Source of the DNA: Gammaproteobacteria bacterium
GTDB lineage: Bacteria; Pseudomonadota; Gammaproteobacteria; Eutrophobiales; Eutrophobiaceae
Assembly (NCBI GenBank): GCA_965226155.1
Contig: OZ245331.1
Coordinates: forward strand, 1,082,605 to 1,146,604
Reading direction: 5' to 3'
DNA: 64,000 bases
In this document: positions 18,792-29,278 of the stretch, one piece after another
Numbering within the stretch: the stretch's first letter is position 1
Layout: each line of letters starts with the position of its first letter
Made by a program: the position numbers and the translations under genes
The notes under the pieces: generated by a model
Told to the model about the DNA's origin: nothing
What the model saw: the letters and a program-made list of their open reading frames with translations, nothing else
The model's database searches: none

Positions 18792-20084
18792 ATGAATAAT
18801 CTAATAAAAAAAGATATTGCTGTATCACTAAATTCAGGGGGCCTGTGGATTAAGTCAAATATTGCTGTCGTTCTAGTGTTGACGACTCTGGCGTTATCAG
18901 TCAGTAAATCACTATTTAGTATTCCTGTTAGTCTTATGGCGTTGATGGGATTGTCCCGTATTCTAAAATCGCCCAAGGCGATCTTAGACGATACTGCCGT
19001 TCGCGCCGTATGCCTGTTGTTCCTATGTATCTGGCTGCCCATGCTCATTTCCATGACTGATGCCGTAAATCCTGGACGTTCAATAGAGACTGTCTTCCCA
19101 TACCTGCGTTTTCTATTCATGAGTATTTATCTGGTGCATGAGTTAGATGTCAGAAAAATAAGAGCCATTGTGTTGGGCACTGTCTGTATATTGACATTCT
19201 GGTGTGTCGATGTAGTCATTCAACTCGTATTCCGCGCAAATCTGTTTGGTTACCCCTATGAATCTGGCCAGGCAACTGGGATGTTTTATCCCCGAAATAT
19301 TCTAGGCCATCTTTCTGCTGTGCTTGCACCGCTATGTTTTGAATGGATACGCACCCGCTATCAGCGACATAAATGGCTTATATGTCTATTACTCCCGCTA
19401 TTCATGGCCCCACTACTCAGCGGTAGACGTGCAGCTTGGGTGATGATGGGAGTCAGTGCAGTCGTTTATCTTTTCTATTTGATAAGACAGAATACTAATC
19501 GAAATCGTTTGTTAGGAGGGATCGCGGTCGTTATCACAATGATTGCCTTAAGCTCACTTTTTGCCTTCAAAGCAAATCCTGACCTTATGCGCAGAGCTAA
19601 CATGACGACTGATCTTTTAAGTTTTGATTTTGAAAGAACCGATGTTGCTTTATCTCGTAGGCTTTCTTTGTGGAAGCCGTCTACTCGAATTATTCAAGAT
19701 CACTGGATAAACGGAATAGGGCCTCGTGGCTACCGAGATTTGCTTCCGGAGTATACAAGTGTAGATAGTTATTGGCATGGACTTGGGACGACACACCCTC
19801 ACATGCTTATTTTAGAAATAGTCGCCGAGACCGGGATAATTGGTTTCGTAGGAATAATATTTTGGGTCTGGTTACTTCTGCGCTTTATACGCAGCAAACT
19901 ATTGGTGACAGATATCTTTCCTTGGGTACTAGCCCTGTTTGTTGCTGTATTGCCGTTAAACGTACATATCTCATTTTACGGTTCATATTGGGCAACAGTC
20001 GTATGGTGGTTAGTTGCAATCTTGTTTGCTTCTGTAAATATTCAATCTAAGGAAATTCCACAGCGTGAAAATCCTAATCATTAA
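18792..20084 (+). CDS. waaL: O-antigen ligase family protein (WaaL-like)
   Basis: 430 aa polytopic membrane protein with ~11 TM segments and a Wzy_C-type periplasmic loop; embedded among glycosyltransferases. Confidence 0.7.
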   Translation: MNNLIKKDIAVSLNSGGLWIKSNIAVVLVLTTLALSVSKSLFSIPVSLMALMGLSRILKSPKAILDDTAVRAVCLLFLCIWLPMLISMTDAVNPGRSIETVFPYLRFLFMSIYLVHELDVRKIRAIVLGTVCILTFWCVDVVIQLVFRANLFGYPYESGQATGMFYPRNILGHLSAVLAPLCFEWIRTRYQRHKWLICLLLPLFMAPLLSGRRAAWVMMGVSAVVYLFYLIRQNTNRNRLLGGIAVVITMIALSSLFAFKANPDLMRRANMTTDLLSFDFERTDVALSRRLSLWKPSTRIIQDHWINGIGPRGYRDLLPEYTSVDSYWHGLGTTHPHMLILEIVAETGIIGFVGIIFWVWLLLRFIRSKLLVTDIFPWVLALFVAVLPLNVHISFYGSYWATVVWWLVAILFASVNIQSKEIPQRENPNH

Positions 20085-21033
20085 ATTAGGTGCACTAGGT
20101 GATGTAATTATGTCGACTCCTATCATCAAGCGAATTTCAGAACACCATCAAGGCGATAATATCTATCTTTTGACATCTCCAGCTTACGTTAGTCTTTTCA
20201 AAGACTGGCAAATTAAACTGCAGCTCATGCCTATCTCCAGAAATGGGCCGCTGTTGCTATGGCGCAATATAAACAAGATACGTAGTCAGAATTTCGATCG
20301 CTGTTATGATCTACAATCAAATGATCGAACGAGCCTTATTTGTGCCTTGTCTAGCATACCTGTTAGGGTAGGCAACCACCCAAGATTTCCATATCATATG
20401 CATCCGCTGGAAAAATATGTTGGTCAATGCCATTCTCAAGAGCGTTTAAAACAGATTTTATCCAGTGCCGGAATAGAGCCAAGCGATGAGCCGCCTTATC
20501 TGCCGGTCAGCAACTCATCAAGAGAAAAAGTGGCCGCATGGCTAAAACAAAATAATCTGCTAGAGAAACAATTTGTGGTCATGCATGCAGGGTCGAGCGC
20601 AAAACATCCACTAAAGAGATGGCCATATTACCAACAGCTCGCTACCGAGCTACAAAAATGCGGTTTGAAAACAGTCTGGGCCGGGGGAAAAGAAGATTCT
20701 GATATTAACAGACGGCTGTCTGCAAATATTGGGATCGACTTAACTAGTATATTCAATATCCCGGAAGAAGCAGAACTTGCCCGTCATGCAGCTTTTGCGG
20801 TAACCAACGACTCAGCGCCCATGCATATATTTTCGTGTTCTGGCATTCCGGTGTTTGGCATATTCGGGCCCTCAAACTGGCGCCGTGCTCACGCCGTCAG
20901 TCAAAAAAAAAATGTTATTACATTGGGTGCCGAAGAAAATAAAAACGACCGCACCTTTGTTGCTGCTGATATCAAACAAATTTCTGTCGCCATGGTGATG
21001 GACAAACTAAAACAAGCTAATGTAATACCATGA
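20065..21033 (+). CDS. Glycosyltransferase family 9 (LPS heptosyltransferase)
   Basis: 322 aa; N-terminus MKILIIKLGALGDVIMSTPIIKRI and C-terminal NDSAPMHI motif typical of ADP-heptose:LPS heptosyltransferases; contains an A10 tract at 20903-20912. Confidence 0.85.
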   Translation: MKILIIKLGALGDVIMSTPIIKRISEHHQGDNIYLLTSPAYVSLFKDWQIKLQLMPISRNGPLLLWRNINKIRSQNFDRCYDLQSNDRTSLICALSSIPVRVGNHPRFPYHMHPLEKYVGQCHSQERLKQILSSAGIEPSDEPPYLPVSNSSREKVAAWLKQNNLLEKQFVVMHAGSSAKHPLKRWPYYQQLATELQKCGLKTVWAGGKEDSDINRRLSANIGIDLTSIFNIPEEAELARHAAFAVTNDSAPMHIFSCSGIPVFGIFGPSNWRRAHAVSQKKNVITLGAEENKNDRTFVAADIKQISVAMVMDKLKQANVIP

Positions 21034-21072
21034 CATCGGCCATGCTTACGCCTTTACACGACTAACAACACT

Positions 21073-22188
21073 ATGATTGTAATTTCAACCCAGTGCTATC
21101 CGCCAAAAGTTGGAGGCATCGAGTTTTTGATGGGTGGGCTTAGTGCTGAGCTGTCAACTTCTGGAAACGATGTGGTTGTTTTTGCAGATGGGGCAGGAAA
21201 TAAAGAGGAGCGTAAATTTGACACAAAACAGCCTTTTCCTGTTTATCGACATGCTGGAATCAAACTATGGAGGCGCAGAAAAAAAGCGAAGGATATCGCC
21301 CATTATATTGCTAACCACAAACTAAAAAATTTAACATTGCTAACAGATTCCTGGAAAAGCCTTGAATTAATAAATCCATCTCACTTCAACAAAGTACTTT
21401 GCTTAGTTCATGGTACGGAGATCTCGTCGCAGCTGTCTCGAAAAACCCCCATGCGCATACGTGAGGCCCTTGCAAAAGCAACTCACATAATTGCCAATTC
21501 CGAATATACCGCCAATCGCATACGTCCACACATAGACACAGAGGGAAAGCTTCAGGTAATTTATCCTGGGATCAATGTTCCGAAAAAAGACATGGCTATT
21601 AACGAAAAAGTTAAACGACTACTCGTTGATCATCGTCCTGTATTGATTACAGTGGCTAGATTGGAAAAGCGAAAAGGTCATCACCATGTATTAGAATTAA
21701 TCCCAAGATTAATTAAGCAGTTTCCTAAACTGATCTATATAATTCTTGGCAAGGGCTCCCAAAGATCTGCGCTTGAATCTACCATTCAGTCTTGTTCTCT
21801 CCAAAATCATGTATTGTTCATACAGACAACAAATGAAGAAGAGCGAAATGCTTATATTTTCAACAGCGATCTCTTTATCATGCCGGGAGACATTGTTGAA
21901 AACGATGTGGAAGGTTTTGGTATGGCCTATATCGAAGCTGCAAGCTTCGGGATCCCGTCTATTGCCTGCAATGTCGGCGGGGTTAATGAAGCTATTGTAC
22001 ACAACGAAACGGGGCTAGTTTGCTCGCCTGGAGATCAACAACAATTGTATAGCTATACTCTAAAAATGCTTGAAGATAGTGAATTTCGAGAGAAACTCGG
22101 GATCAGTGCTCAGAAAAGATCCGTGAATTTCCTCTGGCCTGAACAAATCAAACAATACAAAAAATTGCTACATAGCCGATCTGACTAG
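21073..22188 (+). CDS. Glycosyltransferase family 4
   Basis: 371 aa; GT4 motifs EGFGMAYIEAASFGIPSIACNVGG and EXXXXXXE-like region. Confidence 0.8.
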   Translation: MIVISTQCYPPKVGGIEFLMGGLSAELSTSGNDVVVFADGAGNKEERKFDTKQPFPVYRHAGIKLWRRRKKAKDIAHYIANHKLKNLTLLTDSWKSLELINPSHFNKVLCLVHGTEISSQLSRKTPMRIREALAKATHIIANSEYTANRIRPHIDTEGKLQVIYPGINVPKKDMAINEKVKRLLVDHRPVLITVARLEKRKGHHHVLELIPRLIKQFPKLIYIILGKGSQRSALESTIQSCSLQNHVLFIQTTNEEERNAYIFNSDLFIMPGDIVENDVEGFGMAYIEAASFGIPSIACNVGGVNEAIVHNETGLVCSPGDQQQLYSYTLKMLEDSEFREKLGISAQKRSVNFLWPEQIKQYKKLLHSRSD

Positions 22189-22250
22189 AAACAATATTAA
22201 TTTAGTTCTCGTTGCATATTTCAGCAAGTAATTAGGGTGCTGCTAATTGT

Positions 22251-22661
22251 TCACAGAACATAATTGCATTGCCTACTTGTAATCCTTATATGATTTTTCT
22301 TCGACCAATACGGACCCCGATTTTTGATTAATCTGTTTTTTTTTTTTGCTCTTAAATCATTAGTATTATAGACAGCGCGTGCCAGCTCAACAAATACTTG
22401 GTCAAACTCCTTCCTGGACTCCTTGTCACGAATATCATCTTCAATGTCCCACAGTTTCAAGTTAATCTCATATAGTGATGATATTTCATCCTGCAAACTT
22501 GATTTATCATACGACGTCTTGTCCCATCCCTTCATTAAGGTATTTAGTTCTAAGTTTATATTGGCGAGCTTATCCGGGTCTTTAATCTTCGCCTGCTTGA
22601 TCTGCAATATTGTTAACTTATCAAGAAATTCGCCTACTGATATTTTAGTGTTTATACTCAT
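22251..22661 (-). CDS. Hypothetical protein, AT-rich coding sequence (~30% GC), charged and coiled-coil-like
   Basis: 136 aa ORF downstream of mnmE on the same strand; composition far below the local average; contains a 12-nt homopolymer (plus-strand T12 at 22336-22347) near its 3' end. Confidence 0.4.
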   Translation of the reverse strand: MSINTKISVGEFLDKLTILQIKQAKIKDPDKLANINLELNTLMKGWDKTSYDKSSLQDEISSLYEINLKLWDIEDDIRDKESRKEFDQVFVELARAVYNTNDLRAKKKNRLIKNRGPYWSKKNHIRITSRQCNYVL

Positions 22662-22716
22662 TTAAATTCCTGTTTCAGTTTCATGCGCCAGCAAACAATT
22701 GGATAAGGATGCCGGC

Positions 22717-24078
22717 TTATTTTCCTATACAAAACCGGGAGAAAATTTCTTCTAGCAGACCCTCTGCGTTAAACCCTCCGGTTATCTCTGCTAGTGCCTG
22801 TTGCGCCAAAGAAAGCTCTTCGGCTATGAGCTCTGGCGAGCCATTAGAATCAAGCATGCGTATTCCTTCGTCTATGTGATTTTTTGTCTTCTCAAGTGCC
22901 TTTATGTGCCGACCTCTTGCAAGCACTACGTCCTCGCCCAAATTATTTAGTCCGGACACTTGCATTAATGCCTCTCGAAGTAGATCCATGCCCTCGCCCG
23001 TTTTTGCCGACAAGCAAACATGTTTTACTCCGTTAAGTGATTTGCATTCGGCTTCAGCGTTATGGAGATCGATTTTATTATGGACAACAATGGTATTATC
23101 CGTCATCGGCACAATGCCTTCTAGCAACTGATCGCCGTTTAGTTGGTCTGAACTATATTCGGCAACAAGTATAGCTATGTCCGCATTATCAAGCTCCCGC
23201 AACGATCTCTGAATTCCTTCATGCTCTATCGTATCGTTCGGATTTCGTATGCCGGCAGTATCGACAAGATTTATCGTTACGCCTTTGATGAGAACTGCAT
23301 CTTCAATGACATCTCTCGTAGTTCCTGCAATTTCAGTAACAATAGCGCGGTCGGAGCCTGAAAGTCTGTTTAACAAACTTGATTTTCCAGTATTGGGTTG
23401 GCCGACAATTACCGTCCTCAAGCCTTCTTTTAATTTTCTGCCGTTTCGTGCGCTTACTAGAATACTATCAATCTCAGATGATACATTGTTGATCCTTTTC
23501 AATAATTGTGGGTGCTTGAGAAAATCAATCTCTTCTTCAGGAAAATCCAACGACCCTTCAACATAGACCCTTAACTCTATCGTCTTTTGCTGCAGGGATT
23601 TTATTTTACAGGAAAACTCACCTTCCAATGATCTCGCAGCACTGCGTGCCGCCTGGGCAGATCCGCTGTTAATCAAATCGGCAACGGCTTCTGCCTGAAT
23701 AAAATCAATTTTTTCATTTAAGAAAGCGCGTTCTGTAAACTCGCCTGGCTTAGCAAGTCTTGCCCCATGCTTAATAACCTCATCCAACAATTCGTGCATT
23801 ACCACCTGACCGCCATGACCTTGCAATTCGGCGATATCTTCTCCGGTAAAAGAATTGGGCCGTTTGAAGTAAATCAATATCCCTTTGTCGATGATCGCCC
23901 CACCATCATCACGGAATGCACAGTAATAAGCCCGGCGAGGCTCTGGCCGAATCCCCGATATTGCATAAGCAACATCAAAGCTCTTATTGCCAGATATTCT
24001 TACGACGCCGATTCCGCCCTTCCCCGCAGGCGTAGATATTGCTGCGATCGTGTCATTACGAACGGACATGGTTTTCAA
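22717..24078 (-). CDS. mnmE: tRNA uridine-5-carboxymethylaminomethyl(34) synthesis GTPase MnmE (TrmE)
   Basis: 453 aa; G1 GQPNTGKSSLLN, G3 DTAGIR, and C-terminal C(I/L)GK motif (FCIGK). Confidence 0.95.
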   Translation of the reverse strand: MKTMSVRNDTIAAISTPAGKGGIGVVRISGNKSFDVAYAISGIRPEPRRAYYCAFRDDGGAIIDKGILIYFKRPNSFTGEDIAELQGHGGQVVMHELLDEVIKHGARLAKPGEFTERAFLNEKIDFIQAEAVADLINSGSAQAARSAARSLEGEFSCKIKSLQQKTIELRVYVEGSLDFPEEEIDFLKHPQLLKRINNVSSEIDSILVSARNGRKLKEGLRTVIVGQPNTGKSSLLNRLSGSDRAIVTEIAGTTRDVIEDAVLIKGVTINLVDTAGIRNPNDTIEHEGIQRSLRELDNADIAILVAEYSSDQLNGDQLLEGIVPMTDNTIVVHNKIDLHNAEAECKSLNGVKHVCLSAKTGEGMDLLREALMQVSGLNNLGEDVVLARGRHIKALEKTKNHIDEGIRMLDSNGSPELIAEELSLAQQALAEITGGFNAEGLLEEIFSRFCIGK

Positions 24079-24081
24079 AAG

Positions 24082-25764
24082 TTAACTGGGTTTTGGTCCC
24101 AGCCCGGCTTGTTCGATACTCCTTGTTATCATCCATTGCTGTCCTATAGAAAGCGTATTATTGGCCACCCAATAAAGCACCAGTCCTGAGGGAAAGAACC
24201 CAAAAAAGATTGTAAAGGCAAATGGAAGAATCATCATGACCTTGGCCTGCACCGGATCGAGTGGTGCAGGATTGAGTTTCTGTTGTATAAACATTGTTAA
24301 GCCCATAAGTATAGGCAAAACCCAGAAAGGATCCGGGGTTGATAGATCATCAAGCCAGAGAATAAAACCTGCCTGCCTCAATTCGACGCTCTCAAGCAAC
24401 ACCCAGTACAGAGCAATAAAAACGGGAATCTGTATCAGTATTGGAAAGCAGCCGCCCAATGGATTGATCTTTTCTTCCTTGTAAATCTGCATCATGGCCT
24501 GATTCAGGCGTGTTTTGTCATCCTTATATCGGCCACGAATAGAAACTATACGCGGCTGGACTCTTCTCATGTTTGCCATGGATCTATACCCTGCCGCGGA
24601 CAACTTATAAAAAAGAACCTTTAACAAAATAGTAATCAGTATTATTGACCAGCCCCAGTTGCTAGTGACCTTGTGCACTTCATTCAGACCCCAGAATAGC
24701 GGCTTTGCGATAAACCATAAAACACCGTAGTCTACAGTTAGATCCAATCCTTCTGCGATAGATTCAAGCGTCTCCTGATCTTTTGGCCCGATATAATACT
24801 GTAAAATTATTTCCTTTTTTTCTCCCGGCAAAACTTCTACTGTAGGGGTAATCGCCCCAACGGCAAACCGGTTGTTTGCGAGCGCCTTGGTATAGTAATG
24901 GTGCGTCTTCGATTTGTCCTCAGGGACAATCGCCGTCAGAAAATAATGTTGTATCATCGCCGCCCAACCGTTTTGAACATCCCTGTCAACGGATTGATCG
25001 CTGATCTCATCGAAGTCGATTTTTTCATAGCGGTTTTCAGGGCTAGACAACACGGCGCCAGTGTAGGTATAGATGATGCGGCTACTGCGTCCTGGATCGT
25101 CACGTTTAAATTGAGCGTATGATTGCCCCACCCAGCTTGTATCAGTATTGTTGCTTACTTCGTAAATTACCTTGATCAGATGGCTGTCCCGAGTAAACCT
25201 GTATGTCTTGGTAACCTGTATGCCTTGGTCTGACCAAGTAAACGGAACTTCTAATGTCTGCCTGCCCGGCTCAAGCGAATAAGCATCTCTGGCAGATTGA
25301 AAAAAGACGTCGTGAGTTGCTGCTGGCTGCTTACTCAGTAATCCCCCCTGTAATATATAATGCAACTGTTCGCTTTCATCCATAAGCACGAAAGCTTCGT
25401 CTTGTTGGTCAACCGAGACAGGGAATTTAACAAGCGCAGCATAGTGGACCCCTGCCCCGCGCAGGCCTATCTTCAGATGAAACATATCTGTATATACATT
25501 AACTGGCTCGCGTGTTGGCAACGTTTCAGTCGTGAGATCTGAAAACAAATCAGCGCCCGCTTCACCTCTGGGCCTTGGAGTCACATCAGCATCTCTTTCG
25601 TCTCTGAGCTCAGGTATTTCGTTCGGGTCATAATCAGTTTGGTTGTCCTGCAGAACGTTGGTCTCCTCTGCCGGCTTTGGTCCGTAACGTATCTCCCACT
25701 CTGTCCAGAGTTTTAGCGTCACCAGAACCAGGGACGTGATGAGTATGAGTCTGAGAGTATCCAT
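24082..25764 (-). CDS. yidC: Membrane protein insertase YidC
   Basis: ~560 aa from the MDTLRLILI start; large periplasmic domain then the 5-TM insertase core; conserved mnmE-yidC-yidD-rnpA-rpmH order. Confidence 0.92.
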   Translation of the reverse strand: MDTLRLILITSLVLVTLKLWTEWEIRYGPKPAEETNVLQDNQTDYDPNEIPELRDERDADVTPRPRGEAGADLFSDLTTETLPTREPVNVYTDMFHLKIGLRGAGVHYAALVKFPVSVDQQDEAFVLMDESEQLHYILQGGLLSKQPAATHDVFFQSARDAYSLEPGRQTLEVPFTWSDQGIQVTKTYRFTRDSHLIKVIYEVSNNTDTSWVGQSYAQFKRDDPGRSSRIIYTYTGAVLSSPENRYEKIDFDEISDQSVDRDVQNGWAAMIQHYFLTAIVPEDKSKTHHYYTKALANNRFAVGAITPTVEVLPGEKKEIILQYYIGPKDQETLESIAEGLDLTVDYGVLWFIAKPLFWGLNEVHKVTSNWGWSIILITILLKVLFYKLSAAGYRSMANMRRVQPRIVSIRGRYKDDKTRLNQAMMQIYKEEKINPLGGCFPILIQIPVFIALYWVLLESVELRQAGFILWLDDLSTPDPFWVLPILMGLTMFIQQKLNPAPLDPVQAKVMMILPFAFTIFFGFFPSGLVLYWVANNTLSIGQQWMITRSIEQAGLGPKPS

Positions 25765-25766
25765 GA

Positions 25767-25997
25767 TTAGCCCGGCACAGGATCGTGACCACCGCGGCAA
25801 AACGGGTGACATTTTCCAATTCTCTTCACGGCCAGAAAAACCCCTTTCATAGCGCCATGACGATCAATTGCCTCGCAAGCATAACTGGAGCAGCTTGGAA
25901 CAAACCTGCAACGAGGCCCCATTAAAGGGCTGATAAAATAAGAGTACAACTTTATGGTTTTAACCAGGAGGTTCTGCACTTGGCGACCTTTCCCCAA
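25767..25997 (-). CDS. yidD: Membrane protein insertion efficiency factor YidD
   Basis: 76 aa; conserved [26 protein letters not shown] and KCHPF motifs. Confidence 0.85.
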   Translation of the reverse strand: MGKGRQVQNLLVKTIKLYSYFISPLMGPRCRFVPSCSSYACEAIDRHGAMKGVFLAVKRIGKCHPFCRGGHDPVPG

Positions 25998-26317
25998 TGA
26001 GATTCTAATGAATTTCGCAAATCCTGCCGACTTGTCAACAAGATTTGTTTTTGCGGCACGACAACCACATCCAGGCCAGCCAAAACCACACTGTGTTGCC
26101 GGAAAATTTCTCTAACTAATCGTTTTAACCGATTTCTCGATACAGCCGTTTTTATTTTCTTTGCGGATACCGCCAAACCAAGACGCGCATGCTTCAAGCC
26201 ATTCTCTCTCGCAAGAACGAGAAAATGGCGATCTGATGATCGTGTTTTTGTGTCAAAAACGCGCCTGAAATCGGATGGGCTTATTAATCGATGCTGTTTT
26301 GTAAAACAACCGTTCAC
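25952..26317 (-). CDS. rnpA: Ribonuclease P protein component
   Basis: 121 aa basic protein; RNR-like motif [18 protein letters not shown]; overlaps yidD start as is common. Confidence 0.9.
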   Translation of the reverse strand: MNGCFTKQHRLISPSDFRRVFDTKTRSSDRHFLVLARENGLKHARLGLAVSAKKIKTAVSRNRLKRLVREIFRQHSVVLAGLDVVVVPQKQILLTSRQDLRNSLESHWGKVAKCRTSWLKP

Positions 26318-26320
26318 ATA

Positions 26321-26455
26321 TTATGCGGTCAACCGTTTCCGTCCTTTTGCCCGTCTTGACTTTATGACCAGGCGGCCACATTTAGTGCTCATCCGCGAGC
26401 GAAACCCATGCCGGCGTTTTCTTTTTAATTTACTGGGTTGATATGTTCGTTTCAT
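26321..26455 (-). CDS. rpmH: 50S ribosomal protein L34
   Basis: Manually translated 44 aa (too short for the ORF track): [44 protein letters not shown]; ATG at 26455, TAA at 26321-26323. Confidence 0.9.
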   Translation of the reverse strand: MKRTYQPSKLKRKRRHGFRSRMSTKCGRLVIKSRRAKGRKRLTA

Positions 26456-26650
26456 GGTAATGGCCTGATTACACTGTCAATATGTTCTGGGTTTATAAGG
26501 GCTCGACATATTACTTTCCCCTTCTTCTTAATGTCAATTTAATACGATGTTTTTTAATAATTATTGTGTGTAGATAAGTCCAGCAAACAAGTATACACTC
26601 TAGGTCCTCTTCGTATTTTTTAATTACTAGTCTTTTAAAGGAGCCCGTGC

Positions 26651-27982
26651 TTGGGGATGTCTATCTGGCAATCTTGTCGCGAACGTTTGGAAGGAGAGCT
26701 TTCACCGCAGCAATATAACACTTGGATTAGGCCGCTGCAGGCAGTCGAAGAAAACAATAGTATACGTCTACTCGCCCCAAATCGTTTTGTGCTGGACTGG
26801 ATCACGGAAAAATACCTTGATCGTATTAACGTGCTTCTTGAAAAGGATTCAAACGCAAACAATTGTCTGCTTGTTATGGGAATTGGTAGCAAGCCTATAT
26901 CCCCTCAACAATCAAACAAACCGAAGGCTCGACAAGAACCTGCCCCAAAGCAGCGGCATTATTCCAACTACCTGAATTCCTTATTTACCTTCTCCTCCTT
27001 TGTCGAGGGGAAATCAAATCAACTCGCTAGGGCTGCTTCAATACAAACAGCGGAAAACCCCGGAACTTCATACAACCCGCTTTTTATCTATGGCGGCGTC
27101 GGATTAGGGAAGACACACCTGATGCACGCAATTGGTCATGCCATAACGGAACATATGCCGGGGGCAAACATAGCCTATCTACACTCAGAACGGTTTGTTG
27201 CAGATATGGTTCGTGCCTTGCAACACAATGCGATTAATGAATTCAAGCGCTACTATCGAACCCTTGATGTCCTGCTGATCGATGACATTCAATTCTTCGC
27301 TCGCAAGGAACGCTCCCAAGAAGAATTTTTCCATACTTTCAATGCCTTACTAGAAGGCCAACATCAAATTGTATTGACATGTGACCGTTATCCTAAGGAA
27401 GTTAATGGTTTGGAAGAAAGGCTGAAATCTCGGTTCGGCTGGGGACTAACTGTTGCCATTGATCCGCCTGAGCTCGAAACTCGAGTTGCTATTATCAACA
27501 AGAAAACAGAACAAACTGAAACCAGTGTACCAGAAGACGTTGTTTTTTTTATTGCCAAGCGATTTCGTTCAAACGTTCGGGAACTTGAAGGAGCGCTGAA
27601 TCGTGTAATCGCAAATGCCAACCTGACTGGACAGCCAGTTACCCTTGATTTTACCCAGCTTGCACTTAAAGACTTACTTTTAATTCAAGACAAGCAAATT
27701 ACATTGGGGAACATCCAGAAAACCACTGCAGAATACTATAAGATCCGTATTGCTGATTTACTATCAAAGCGACGCAGTCGTTCGGTAACTAGGCCGCGGC
27801 AAATCGCCATGGCATTAGCAAAAGAGCTCACAAACCACAGTCTCCCGGAAATAGGCGATGCCTTTGGAGGGCGTGATCACACAACCGTAATACACGCATG
27901 CAAAAAAGTGGCAGAGTTAAGAACAACAGAAAAGCGAATAGAAGAAGACTATAAAAATATATCGAATATCCTGAACAGCTAA
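26651..27982 (+). CDS. dnaA: Chromosomal replication initiator protein DnaA
   Basis: 443 aa (start may be the third codon, 26657); AAA+ Walker [14 protein letters not shown], sensor motifs, C-terminal DNA-binding signature. Confidence 0.96.
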   Translation: MGMSIWQSCRERLEGELSPQQYNTWIRPLQAVEENNSIRLLAPNRFVLDWITEKYLDRINVLLEKDSNANNCLLVMGIGSKPISPQQSNKPKARQEPAPKQRHYSNYLNSLFTFSSFVEGKSNQLARAASIQTAENPGTSYNPLFIYGGVGLGKTHLMHAIGHAITEHMPGANIAYLHSERFVADMVRALQHNAINEFKRYYRTLDVLLIDDIQFFARKERSQEEFFHTFNALLEGQHQIVLTCDRYPKEVNGLEERLKSRFGWGLTVAIDPPELETRVAIINKKTEQTETSVPEDVVFFIAKRFRSNVRELEGALNRVIANANLTGQPVTLDFTQLALKDLLLIQDKQITLGNIQKTTAEYYKIRIADLLSKRRSRSVTRPRQIAMALAKELTNHSLPEIGDAFGGRDHTTVIHACKKVAELRTTEKRIEEDYKNISNILNS

Positions 27983-28161
27983 TTGTGTATAACATGTTGG
28001 AACTATAGGGACCCTACTAATTGGTTAAAGTTATTCACAGAAACGCTAAAGTTATGCACAGGCATAAGGCCCAGATACCCGGCGTAACAAACTGAAAAAT
28101 AACATTATTTAACTTATACCCGCTAAACTTATCACTTATAATAAACATAAGTATATATATT
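27983..28161 (+). promoter_or_regulatory. Candidate oriC/DnaA-box cluster in the dnaA-dnaN spacer: two co-oriented near-consensus boxes TTATtCACA (28031-28039) and TTATgCACA (28052-28060) followed by a very AT-rich stretch at 28130-28185
   Basis: Match to TTATNCACA seen directly; genes diverge from this locus (minus-strand set to the left, plus-strand set to the right). Confidence 0.3.
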
Positions 28162-29262
28162 ATGAATATTATTATTAAAAGAGAGAAGCTTCTTCCTTTG
28201 ATACAGGCGGTTGTTGGTGTTGTAGAGCGGCGTCAATCTCTCCCTGTTCTATCTAATTTGTTGGTGATGCTGGCAAAAGGTGAAATTCGACTAACAGCAA
28301 CGGACATGGAGGTGGAATTGGTGTCGATAACGAAACTCGCGGAGAGTAGGGATGCAGAGTTTACCCTTCCTGCAAAAAAGATTTTAGACATATGCCGCGC
28401 TCTTCCCGCAGAAGCGGATATCAATATCTCTTTTGACGGTGATCGAGCACAAATATTGTCAGGAAAAAGTCGTTTTACTCTCGCAAAAGTGCCAGTACAG
28501 GAATACCCGATAATTGAGATGCAGGATACTGTAGCTGAGTTTTCCATTACTGAATCAGCGTTTAAAGACTTGCTTGAAAAAACAGCATTTGCTATGGCGC
28601 AGCAGGATGTTCGTTATTATTTAAATGGCCTGTTACTGGAAGTTGAAAGCGACAAAATACGTGCCGTCGCTACGGACGGCCATCGCTTAGCCTTGCATGA
28701 CATTGAAGGCAAGACAGGCGTCGAGTCTACCGCTCAAATTATCGTGCCGCGTAAGGGTGTTATGGAGTTGGTCAGATTACTTGAGGGAGGCGAAGATGAA
28801 CTGAAGGTTCAGCTCAGCCATAATCATATTCGAATTGTGTTATCTGATCTTGTTTTTACCAGCAAGCTCATTGATGGAAAATTTCCTGACTACGACAGAG
28901 TTATTCCTGAACCAGGAGACACGCCGATTTTTGCTGATCGCGAACTACTAAGACAGAGTTTGACCAGGGCCTCGATCTTGTCCAATGAGAAAAATAAAGG
29001 GGTGAGAATTCAACTAACAAAAGGAAAATTAAACGCATTAGCTCATAACCCAGAACAAGAAGAGGCGGAAGAAGAAGTAGAAGTTGATTACCAAGGGCAA
29101 GAGATAGAGATTGGATTCAATGTTTCTTACCTACTAGATGCGCTCAACGTTATTAAGACAAAACAAGTGAAGATAAACATCCAAGACCCAAATAGCAGCT
29201 GTCTGCTGTCTTCAGATAAGGATGCCACCAGTAAATATGTCATCATGCCTATGCGCTTGTAA
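28162..29262 (+). CDS. dnaN: DNA polymerase III beta sliding clamp
   Basis: 366 aa; three-domain clamp, MNIIIKREKLLPLIQAV N-terminus and C-terminal MPMRL. Confidence 0.95.
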   Translation: MNIIIKREKLLPLIQAVVGVVERRQSLPVLSNLLVMLAKGEIRLTATDMEVELVSITKLAESRDAEFTLPAKKILDICRALPAEADINISFDGDRAQILSGKSRFTLAKVPVQEYPIIEMQDTVAEFSITESAFKDLLEKTAFAMAQQDVRYYLNGLLLEVESDKIRAVATDGHRLALHDIEGKTGVESTAQIIVPRKGVMELVRLLEGGEDELKVQLSHNHIRIVLSDLVFTSKLIDGKFPDYDRVIPEPGDTPIFADRELLRQSLTRASILSNEKNKGVRIQLTKGKLNALAHNPEQEEAEEEVEVDYQGQEIEIGFNVSYLLDALNVIKTKQVKINIQDPNSSCLLSSDKDATSKYVIMPMRL

Positions 29263-29278
29263 GTAGAGATCCACGCGC

